A stretch of DNA of 32,000 bases from Halalkalibacterium halodurans (lineage in GTDB: Bacteria > Bacillota > Bacilli > Bacillales > Bacillaceae_D): assembly GCF_004376175.1 (NCBI RefSeq), contig NZ_SNUY01000038.1, positions 1 to 32,000 on the forward strand, in the 5' to 3' direction. Both the position numbers and the translations under genes were made by a program. Below the pieces are notes generated by a model. It saw only the letters and a list, made by a program, of their open reading frames with translations, ran no database searches and was not told the DNA's origin. Below are positions 24,839 through 32,000 of this stretch, piece by piece (the stretch's first letter is position 1; every line of letters begins with the position of its first letter).

Positions 24839-25486
24839 ATGCTCATCGAAGAGATTATGAAACGTAACGTCGTCACAATCCATGAACAAACAACGATCAA
24901 AGAAGCTTATCAGACGATGATTCTAGAAAAATTCCGCCACCTCCCTGTCATTACCAAATCAAAGGACGTTATCGGCATCGTAACAGATCAAGATATACGT
25001 GATGCTAGCCCGTCCATATTCCATCGTGATGAACATCAAGAGGACTTGCAGAAACCCGTATCTTCCATCATGACAAAGGATGTGATTACCGTCCATCCTC
25101 TAAATTCAGTCGCAGAGACCGCGAGACTTCTTTATGAAAATCGCATTAGTTGTCTGCCAGTGACAGAAGGGGAGCAGCTTGTCGGGATCGTAACAGACAC
25201 GGATGTTCTGCATACGCTCGTAGAATTGATGGGAGCTCACCAGCCGAGTTCACAAATTTATGTGCGCGTGGAAAATAAAGCTGGCCAATTAGCAGATGTA
25301 GCAGCAATTATGAAACAGCGGCAAATGAATATCGCAAGCGTCCTCGTCTACCCAGATAGGGAAGATGAACGTTATAAAATTTTAGCTTTTCGCATTCAAT
25401 CGATGGATCCAAGGGGAACAATTAGTGACCTCCAATCAAAAGGGTATCACGTGCTGTGGCCCAACATTCCAGGGATCGCCACATGA
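24839..25486 (+). CDS. acuB: Acetoin utilization protein AcuB (tandem CBS plus ACT domains)
   Basis: IMKRNVVTIHEQTTIKEAYQTM...HLPVI, then a second CBS, then an ACT-like C-terminus. RBS AGAGGTGA 8 nt before ATG 24839. Confidence 0.85.
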   Translation: MLIEEIMKRNVVTIHEQTTIKEAYQTMILEKFRHLPVITKSKDVIGIVTDQDIRDASPSIFHRDEHQEDLQKPVSSIMTKDVITVHPLNSVAETARLLYENRISCLPVTEGEQLVGIVTDTDVLHTLVELMGAHQPSSQIYVRVENKAGQLADVAAIMKQRQMNIASVLVYPDREDERYKILAFRIQSMDPRGTISDLQSKGYHVLWPNIPGIAT

Positions 25487-26652
25487 AAAAAGCAAGCTTT
25501 GTCTACTCAGAAAACCAGCTGTCGTATCAATTTCATTCGACCCACCCCTTTAACCATCAACGTTTGCGATTAACTTATGATCTGTTAAAAAGCATGGACG
25601 CTTTGGATGATTCAGAAATTGTAGCCCCTCGTGTAGCCACAGAGGCTGAACTCCGCCTCATTCACGATCAAGCGTTTATCGATGCAGTGAAGGCTGCCGG
25701 TAATGGAACGTTAAGCGATGGGGTCGCATTGAACTATGGTCTCGGAACGGAAGACACTCCGATATTTAAAAACATGCATGAAGCCGCAGCCCTTCTTGTC
25801 GGGGGCACGCTAACTGCTGTCGATCAAGTGATGGAAGGTCATGCCGAGCACTCCTGCCACCTAGGCGGCGGCTTACATCACGGGTTTCGTGGGAAAGCTT
25901 CAGGCTTCTGCGTTTACAATGATAGCTCAATCGCGATCGAATATATGAGACGCAAATTTGGTGCACGTGTTCTTTACATTGATACAGATGCCCATCATGG
26001 TGATGGTGTCCAATGGGCGTTTTATGAGGAGGACGATGTTTGTACATTGAGCATTCACGAAACCGGTCGCTACCTTTTCCCAGGAACAGGGAACTTTAAT
26101 GAAAAAGGGCAAGGCGAAGGATATGGTTATTCGATTAACATTCCTCTCGATGCGTTTACGGAGGATGACTCCTTTTTATTCGCCTACGAACAGGCCGTTA
26201 CAAACGTCGTGAAATTTTTTAAACCAGACGTCATTTTAACGCAAAACGGGGCTGACGCTCACTTCCATGATCCGTTAACACACCTTTGCGCCTCAATGCG
26301 AACGTTCCGCTACATCCCTCAGCTTGCTCACGCCCTTGCCCATGAATATTGTGAGGGCCGATGGATTGCTGTCGGTGGTGGCGGCTATGATATTTGGCGA
26401 GTGGTTCCACGGGCATGGGCTATGATATGGCTTGAGATGACCGATCAATTGCAAAAAGCTAACGGGCCGTTACCTGAGCGATGGCTCAGTAAATGGACCA
26501 CATATGCTCAGCATCCTTTGCCTTCACATTGGGAAGATGAAAATGAAGAGTTACCTACCATTCCGCGCCGTGATGAAATTACAGAGAAAAACAAGAAAAT
26601 TGTCGAGAAGGCATTGTATCACATTTACACAGAATTGAAAACGCAAACATAG
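25483..26652 (+). CDS. acuC: AcuC, histone-deacetylase-family protein deacetylase
   Basis: HDAC fold motifs HPF, GGGLHHG, DTDAHHGDG. The start ATG overlaps the acuB stop (ATGA). Confidence 0.88.
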   Translation: MKKASFVYSENQLSYQFHSTHPFNHQRLRLTYDLLKSMDALDDSEIVAPRVATEAELRLIHDQAFIDAVKAAGNGTLSDGVALNYGLGTEDTPIFKNMHEAAALLVGGTLTAVDQVMEGHAEHSCHLGGGLHHGFRGKASGFCVYNDSSIAIEYMRRKFGARVLYIDTDAHHGDGVQWAFYEEDDVCTLSIHETGRYLFPGTGNFNEKGQGEGYGYSINIPLDAFTEDDSFLFAYEQAVTNVVKFFKPDVILTQNGADAHFHDPLTHLCASMRTFRYIPQLAHALAHEYCEGRWIAVGGGGYDIWRVVPRAWAMIWLEMTDQLQKANGPLPERWLSKWTTYAQHPLPSHWEDENEELPTIPRRDEITEKNKKIVEKALYHIYTELKTQT

Positions 26653-26690
26653 ACAGTTTATGAAAACATGTCTAGTTGTCGTATATGTGC

Positions 26691-26728
26691 CGAGAGACTG
26701 GAGATAAACTTGGCATTCCAGTCTCTCG
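26691..26728. terminator. Shared hairpin between convergent acuC and mtnN
   Basis: cgagagactgga (26691-26702) pairs with tccagtctctcg (26717-26728), a perfect 12 bp stem. The T-tracts are weak. Confidence 0.5.
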
Positions 26729-26731
26729 TTC

Positions 26732-27433
26732 CTATGTAAGCTTTTTGAGCATCCCACTTACAATTAATTGTGATTGCTCACTGGCGATTTTCGTAAATTC
26801 AGCAAAGGATATATTCGCTTCCTCGTTCGCTTTATCAGAAATCGAACGAATTACGACAAACGGAATCTGATTCAGCGCTGCCACTTGAGCAACAGCTGCC
26901 CCTTCCATCTCAACACAAACAGCATCAAATTTCTCAGCAAGCTCTCTCACCCTATGGCGATCAGCAATAAATTGGTCACCGCTCACAATTCGTCCCTTAA
27001 CAACCTTTCGTCCCGTCTCGTTTGTCGCTACATCATAAGCTACAGATGCAAGCCATTCATCTGCTAAAAAGTCAGATGATCGTTCAAACATCGGAATTTC
27101 TCCTCGCTTGAATCCAAGAGGGGTACCATCCATGTCATGATGCTGAAGTGATGTAGAGATGACAAGGTCTGCAACTTCAAGTGAAGGAGATAAAGCTCCA
27201 GCAACCCCAGTAAAAATGATGGCGTCTACATGAAAGTGGTCAATTAATAATTGGGTTGTCATCGCGGCGTTCACTTTACCCACACCTGATTTAACGAGTA
27301 CGACTCGTGCCCCATGAATGGTCCCTTCATAAAAACAAACGGTCGCTAAAGTCGACTCGCTGATGACATCCATTTGCTCTTTTATTAATGCTAGTTCTTC
27401 CTTCATTGCGCCAATGAGACCAATTGTTTTCAT
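26732..27433 (-). CDS. mtnN: 5'-methylthioadenosine / S-adenosylhomocysteine nucleosidase
   Basis: MKTIGLIGAMKEELALI...VVLVKSGVGKVNAAMTTQLLI...IFTGVAGAL...CVEMEGAAVAQV...VVIRSISD. The start is placed at ATG 27433 behind AAGGGGGAAG. Confidence 0.88.
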   Translation of the reverse strand: MKTIGLIGAMKEELALIKEQMDVISESTLATVCFYEGTIHGARVVLVKSGVGKVNAAMTTQLLIDHFHVDAIIFTGVAGALSPSLEVADLVISTSLQHHDMDGTPLGFKRGEIPMFERSSDFLADEWLASVAYDVATNETGRKVVKGRIVSGDQFIADRHRVRELAEKFDAVCVEMEGAAVAQVAALNQIPFVVIRSISDKANEEANISFAEFTKIASEQSQLIVSGMLKKLT

Positions 27434-27551
27434 GGTCTTTTCTTCCCCCTTTGGAAAATAAGTAATCATTTCTTTGTCAAACAACAGATTGCCACCGTTA
27501 GTATGTCACAAGTCAATCCTCTGCCATTATCCATGTGCTTCCTAGATTGTA

Positions 27552-27582
27552 GAAAAAAACAACCCTCATGCAAGAGGATTGT
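27552..27582 (-). terminator. motS terminator
   Basis: Minus strand: ACAATCCTC-TTGCAT-GAGGGTTGT followed by T7. Confidence 0.7.
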
Positions 27583-27594
27583 TAAGTTGCTGCA

Positions 27595-28347
27595 TTAAAA
27601 CGTATCATCTGGATTTGTGGTAGGGTCTGAGATAACGATAATAACCCTACGGTTTTGCTGCAGATTTTCTTCTGTTGTGTTCGGGACAACAGGCCTTGTA
27701 TCACCGAAGCCTGTAGCGATAAACCTACTAGGGTCAACATTATGATGATCGATAATATAACGAATGACACTGCTCGCTCTCGCACCTGATAATTCCCAAT
27801 TTGAAGGGTAACGGTACGTCGAGATCGGCCGGTTATCGGTATGACCTTCCACTTTGACGATATTCGGAATTAATTCTACTAAGGTTCCGACCTTATCAAG
27901 AAATGGTCTTGCTCCTGGTAAAACCTCAGCTTCTCCTGTCTCAAAGAGAGCTTGTTCTTGCAAAATGAGAACAACCCCTCGATCATCCCGGGTGGCAGAA
28001 ATTTGTTCTGTCAATTCATTCTCTTCTAAGAACTCTTCCACCTCAGCTAGCAGTTCATCAAGATCCACTTCATCCTTTTGCTCATCGCCATACTCTCCTT
28101 CATCGAACGGTTCTTTCCGCTCTTCTCCCCGATCTTCTTTTGGACTTTCAAAATCGATTGCAGAGGGAAGGAATTCAAATACTTGTCGCTGTTGAAACGA
28201 CTCTGCAATGGCTCGAAACTTTTGCGCATCAACTACAGACATGGAGAACAAGAGGATGAAAAAGACGAGAATGAGCGTCATCAAATCAGAAAAAGTAACC
28301 ATCCATCTTGGTGCTCCTTTTTCTGGCTGACGTTTTCTACGCTTCAT
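27595..28347 (-). CDS. motS: Flagellar stator protein MotS (MotB family, OmpA-like C-terminal domain)
   Basis: GAPRWMVTFSDLMTLILVFFILLF is the MotB plug/TM region with the conserved Asp. A C-terminal OmpA-like segment follows (VEGHTDNRPI...SNWELSGARA...NRRV). It overlaps motP by 11 nt. The MotS call over MotB rests on its position downstream of ccpA. Confidence 0.8.
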   Translation of the reverse strand: MKRRKRQPEKGAPRWMVTFSDLMTLILVFFILLFSMSVVDAQKFRAIAESFQQRQVFEFLPSAIDFESPKEDRGEERKEPFDEGEYGDEQKDEVDLDELLAEVEEFLEENELTEQISATRDDRGVVLILQEQALFETGEAEVLPGARPFLDKVGTLVELIPNIVKVEGHTDNRPISTYRYPSNWELSGARASSVIRYIIDHHNVDPSRFIATGFGDTRPVVPNTTEENLQQNRRVIIVISDPTTNPDDTF

Positions 28348-29146
28348 TCGCTTCGTCCCCCGTTTCTTCGTCTGCTTCCTTATCTTTCTTCGTAATAAAT
28401 GCGCTTAGTTTCTCTTCAAGGATTTTCGGGTTCTGACCTGACTGAACACCGATTACTCCTTCAATAATAATCTGCTTCACAAACACTTCGCTGTCTGTTT
28501 TGTTCATGAGCTTGGTGGACATCGGTAAGAAGACAAGGTTTGCTAACACCGTTCCATAGAGAGTTGTCAACAAAGCCACCGCCATGTTTGGTCCAAGAGT
28601 TGATGGATCATTTAAGTTTTGCAACATTAACACGAGTCCGATTAATGTACCGATCATTCCCCAGGCTGGCGCATACTCTGCCGCCTTATCAATCAGCGCT
28701 CGGCTCTTTGTATGCCGCTCTTCCATCGCGGTCACTTCAGCCATCATAATGTCTTTAATCACATCTGGTTCAATACCATCGACAGCAAGAAGGATCCCTT
28801 TCCGAATAAACGGATCTTCCACCTCTTCATCAAGACCGGCTTCTAATGCTAGTAGCCCTTCTCTTCTTGCCTTTCCTGACAGATTCACGAATGTCTGTAC
28901 AAGTTTCCCCAAATCGTGATCTTGCGTTCGAAAGGCCTCCATTAGTACTCTTGGCACTTGTTTTAACTCGGTAAAAGAAAAGGTAATAACGAGTGCCGAT
29001 ACGATTCCTCCAATAACGATAAGAACGGAGGAAATCTGGATGAAGAAGACGATTCCTGAAGGACCAGAGTTTGAGAACACAGCTAATAATAGAACTGTAA
29101 TTCCAAGAAAAAGACCCACAGGTGTTAAAATATCAAATTTTTTCAT
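28337..29146 (-). CDS. motP: Flagellar stator protein MotP (MotA family)
   Basis: MotA/TolQ/ExbB-type channel: ...YAPAWGMIGTLIGLVLML...ALLTTLYGTVLANLVFLP. The start is placed at ATG 29146 (MKKFDIL). Confidence 0.8.
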   Translation of the reverse strand: MKKFDILTPVGLFLGITVLLLAVFSNSGPSGIVFFIQISSVLIVIGGIVSALVITFSFTELKQVPRVLMEAFRTQDHDLGKLVQTFVNLSGKARREGLLALEAGLDEEVEDPFIRKGILLAVDGIEPDVIKDIMMAEVTAMEERHTKSRALIDKAAEYAPAWGMIGTLIGLVLMLQNLNDPSTLGPNMAVALLTTLYGTVLANLVFLPMSTKLMNKTDSEVFVKQIIIEGVIGVQSGQNPKILEEKLSAFITKKDKEADEETGDEANEA

Positions 29147-29193
29147 ATCCCTCTCCCTGCCTATCACGTGATGAATCTAGATGTCACGGAGAG

Positions 29194-30195
29194 CTAGGGT
29201 CTTGTCGATTGGCGAAACTCAATGCGGTGCGGAAGTTCGACGATATGCTCACTTACCTCTTCTTTGTTCATATACTTAGTCAATAACCGCATGGAAACAG
29301 CCCCTATATCATAAATAGGCTGGACTACTGTTGAAAGGGTTGGGCGAACCATTGTCGCTAGGCGGGTATTGTCAAAACCGATGACTTCAATATCATCCGG
29401 GATATTAAGTCCATGATCCTGAGCCCCATGAATAATACCTAACGCCATTTCATCGGTTGCTACAAAGATCGCGGTCGGTCTTTTCTCTAGCTTCGTAAAG
29501 ACGTTCATCGCATCAATCCCTGAATCATATGTATAATCGCCGATGACGACCATCGATTCATCGAATGCAACGCCTCTCTCTTCCAACGCTTCCCGGTAGC
29601 CTGCATATTTTTGATAGCCATTTACAGGATCCTCTAACGACCCAGAAACCATGCCAATGGAAGTATGTCCTTTTTCAATTAAATAGGTGACAGCATCGAA
29701 AGCAGCTTGTTTGTAATCGATGTTTACAGATGGGATTTCTTTTTCTGCATCTAAAGTTGCTGCTAATACAACTGGAACATGCGCCCGCTTGAATTCTTCT
29801 GCATGCTCATTTGTAATTTCTCCACCCATGAAGACAATACCATCCACTTGTTTCTCTAAAAGAGTGTTGATGAGATGGATTTCCTTTTCTTTGTTTTGAT
29901 CAGAGTTACAAAGAATGATGTTATACTTGTACATCGTCGCGATATCTTCAATCCCCCGTGCAAGTTCTGCAAAGAAGATACTTGAGATATCTGGAATAAC
30001 CACCCCAACTGTCGTCGTCCGCTTACTCGCCAATCCTCTTGCTACAGCATTTGGTCTATACCCAAGTCGTTCGATGGCTTCCAGCACCTTTTTTCGCGTC
30101 GCTGGTTTTACATTTGGATTGCCATTGACCACTCGGGATACCGTTGCCATAGATACCCCTGCTTCACGTGCAACATCATAAATCGTAGTATTCAA
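29194..30195 (-). CDS. ccpA: Catabolite control protein A
   Basis: [92 protein letters not shown] is near-identical to B. subtilis CcpA as I recall it. TTG start behind AGAGGAGGA. Confidence 0.95.
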   Translation of the reverse strand: MNTTIYDVAREAGVSMATVSRVVNGNPNVKPATRKKVLEAIERLGYRPNAVARGLASKRTTTVGVVIPDISSIFFAELARGIEDIATMYKYNIILCNSDQNKEKEIHLINTLLEKQVDGIVFMGGEITNEHAEEFKRAHVPVVLAATLDAEKEIPSVNIDYKQAAFDAVTYLIEKGHTSIGMVSGSLEDPVNGYQKYAGYREALEERGVAFDESMVVIGDYTYDSGIDAMNVFTKLEKRPTAIFVATDEMALGIIHGAQDHGLNIPDDIEVIGFDNTRLATMVRPTLSTVVQPIYDIGAVSMRLLTKYMNKEEVSEHIVELPHRIEFRQSTRP

Positions 30196-30245
30196 TGTGA
30201 TCCTCCTCTATCTAAAGGAATAATTTTTCATATGAATGTATTGTT

Positions 30246-30274
30246 ATCATACGATACTATGAGGAGGTCCGCAA
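30246..30274 (-). promoter_or_regulatory. ccpA promoter candidate
   Basis: Minus strand: TTGCGG (30274..30269), 17-nt spacer, TATGAT (30251..30246). Confidence 0.45.
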
Positions 30275-30325
30275 TGTCTTACTCTACTTATATCGACATT
30301 AATGAAAAAACTTTCAACATTTTTT

Positions 30326-30360
30326 CATAAAAGGCGAGTTCTTTTTGATCGTAACTCGCC
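30326..30360 (-). terminator. Intrinsic terminator between aroA and ccpA
   Basis: ggcgagtt (30333-30340) pairs with aactcgcc (30353-30360). The minus strand then reads TTTTATG. Confidence 0.6.
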
Positions 30361-30467
30361 CTATTTCAACACGAACCTACTCCTATTTATACCTTTCCCA
30401 TTTTTTAGCTTATCCACTCTATGTAGATGTATTTTTTGGCCATAGCCGATCGTTATCAGATAACAGC

Positions 30468-30495
30468 GAAAAACTCCTCATTATTGAGGAGTTTT
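30468..30495 (-). terminator. Hairpin overlapping the aroA stop codon
   Basis: Minus strand: AAAACTCCTCA-ATAA-TGAGGAGTTTT followed by TCG. The TAA stop lies in the loop. Confidence 0.5.
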
Positions 30496-31575
30496 CGTTG
30501 CATCTTTGTATAGTCCTGATGCAATAAGATCATCGACAAATGCATGGAATTGCCCGATGTCCATTTGTTGTGCTGAGTCTGACAAAGCAACAGCAGGATC
30601 TGGATGCACTTCAGCCATTACCGCATCGGCGCCGATAGCAAGAGCTGCCTTTGCTGTCGGGAGAAGCAGATCACGTCGGCCAGTAGAGTGAGTCACATCT
30701 ACTAGAACCGGTAAATGCGTTTCTTGCTTCAAGATTGGTACCGCTGAAATATCGAGTGTGTTTCTCGTTGCTTTTTCGTAAGTGCGAATGCCACGCTCAC
30801 ATAGCATGATCTGCCCATTTCCTTTTGAAACGATATACTCTGCCGCGTGAATGAATTCAGAAATCGTTGCTGATAGACCTCGTTTTAATAGAACAGGTTT
30901 GTTCACAGACCCGGCAGCTTTCAACAGTTCAAAGTTTTGCATGTTACGGGCTCCAATTTGAATCACATCGATATAATCGATTGCTTCTTCAAGGTCCGCT
31001 GGCGTTACAATTTCACTAATGACCGCTAAGTCGAACTCATCTGCCACACGTTTTAAAATTTTTAACCCTTCAAGTCCTAATCCTTGGAAGTCGTAAGGCG
31101 ATGTTCTTGGCTTGTATGCACCACCACGCAATAGTTTAAGTCCTCTTGCTTTTACTTCCTTTGCTACAGCCGCTACTTGCTCGTAGCTTTCAACTGCACA
31201 AGGTCCCATAATAAGACGTTGCTCGCCATCGCCAACTGTTTCCCCTTTCACGTTGACAATCGTGTTCTCAGGGTGTTTTTTCCGTGAAACAAGTAGCGCT
31301 TTACGGTTATCATCTTCTTGAAGTTCGAGGCTTGCTTTGAAAATTTCCTTAAAAATATGTTGGAGGGTCGATGTTTCAAACGGCCCTTTATTGTTTTCTG
31401 CGATATGGTTCAACATATTTCGCTCGCGAACAGGGTCAAAACGATTAACGCCTTGCTTGCTCTTTAGCTGACCGATTTCCTGCACGAGTTGCGCGCGCTC
31501 ATTAATCAATTCAAGAAGCTTTAAGTTTACCTCATCTAACTTATCTCTTAACAAATCTAGCTGCTCATTGCTCAC
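30481..31575 (-). CDS. aroA: Bifunctional chorismate mutase / 3-deoxy-7-phosphoheptulonate (DAHP) synthase, AroA(G) type
   Basis: N-terminal chorismate mutase helix ([33 protein letters not shown]). A KDO8P/DAHP synthase barrel follows (MGPCAVES...[19 protein letters not shown]...[13 protein letters not shown]...CERGIRT...[12 protein letters not shown]). Confidence 0.92.
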   Translation of the reverse strand: MSNEQLDLLRDKLDEVNLKLLELINERAQLVQEIGQLKSKQGVNRFDPVRERNMLNHIAENNKGPFETSTLQHIFKEIFKASLELQEDDNRKALLVSRKKHPENTIVNVKGETVGDGEQRLIMGPCAVESYEQVAAVAKEVKARGLKLLRGGAYKPRTSPYDFQGLGLEGLKILKRVADEFDLAVISEIVTPADLEEAIDYIDVIQIGARNMQNFELLKAAGSVNKPVLLKRGLSATISEFIHAAEYIVSKGNGQIMLCERGIRTYEKATRNTLDISAVPILKQETHLPVLVDVTHSTGRRDLLLPTAKAALAIGADAVMAEVHPDPAVALSDSAQQMDIGQFHAFVDDLIASGLYKDATKTPQ

Positions 31576-31793
31576 TATTCTCCACTCCTTCGTTTTGCTT
31601 GGCTTCTATCGATTACGGACTATTATAAACGATCCTTTTTCAAATGTCACGAACTTTTTCTTTATTAATTAGACGCTTTTAAGCACTAAAGTAAAAATAG
31701 TACGAAAGGATGACGCCCAAGGTAAATTTCGCTAAAATAGAAGAAGCGGTATACGTTTGCCGCCTTTATTTTGAACAAGTAGGTGATCGATCC

Positions 31794-32000
31794 ATGACAC
31801 AGAATACCGCTTCGCCTGTTTTCGCTCTTGATATTGGAACGCGTACAGTCGTTGGTCTTCTATTAAAAGAGGAGAACAACGGCTATGAATTGCTCGATAT
31901 GGAAGTCATGGAGCATGCGGAACGCTCCATGCTTGACGGTCAAATCCATAACGTGCCTGCCGTCGCCCAAGTCATTGGTAAAGTCAAGTCAACGTTAGAA
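31794..32000 (+). CDS. Actin-like ATPase superfamily protein (FtsA/PilM/EutJ-like), N-terminal part; continues beyond the window end
   Basis: RBS AGTAGGTGAT, then ATG 31794. Translation is MTQNTASPVFALDIGTRTVVGLLLKEENNGYELLDMEVMEHAERSMLDGQIHNV... ALDIGTRTVVG is the phosphate-1 motif of FtsA-like proteins. Confidence 0.55.
   Translation, partial: MTQNTASPVFALDIGTRTVVGLLLKEENNGYELLDMEVMEHAERSMLDGQIHNVPAVAQVIGKVKSTLE

Noticed and set aside
29163-29172. 10-bp perfect palindrome ATCACGTGAT between ccpA and motP
   Set aside because: It is too short to be meaningful alone. It has no stem-loop spacing for a terminator and matches no known motif I can name.
30452-30464. 13-bp palindrome GTTATCAGATAAC just downstream of the aroA stop hairpin
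   Set aside because: It is short, could arise by chance, and I cannot match it to a known operator consensus.
1-32000. Scan for CRISPR arrays, rRNA, tRNA, and phage or defence-system genes
   Set aside because: I found no regularly spaced direct repeats, no tRNA-like cloverleaf candidates in the intergenic regions, and no nuclease, helicase or methylase-type ORFs. The only repeats are the two M-boxes and the 39-bp PBP duplication.

Overview
Chromosomal segment from a Bacillaceae-type Firmicute. This call rests on strong GGAGG-type ribosome binding sites, T-box and M-box leaders, and gene order matching Bacillus subtilis: ezrA-hisJ-refZ-ytsP-rpsD ... tyrS ... acsA/acuABC ... motPS-ccpA-aroA. 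Three things interrupt this conserved backbone. (1) An IS1182-family transposase sits at the left edge, just past the ezrA terminator. (2) A roughly 10 kb block, entirely on the minus strand, lies between rpsD and tyrS. It carries a frameshifted MFS transporter with an ArsR-type regulator; a tight operon of an ECF-like sigma factor with a VOC-like C-terminal extension, four VOC (glyoxalase/bleomycin-resistance fold) paralogs and a GyrI-like protein; an mgtC-mgtE operon; and a DAACS-family transporter. (3) An AT-rich, decayed LacI-family remnant lies between a large class A PBP gene and acsA. The most unusual structure is upstream of mgtC-mgtE. Two nearly identical M-box (Mg2+) riboswitch aptamers lie in series on one apparent transcript. 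Each has its own intrinsic terminator, and they are separated by an unannotated 30-codon hydrophobic small ORF with a near-perfect ribosome binding site. The second candidate is the sigma/VOC/GyrI-like cluster. I found no rRNA, tRNA or CRISPR array. Four apparent frameshifts lie in or beside short homopolymer or base-doublet runs, so they may be assembly errors rather than real gene decay. All functional calls come from reading the translations and motifs by eye; no database search was run.
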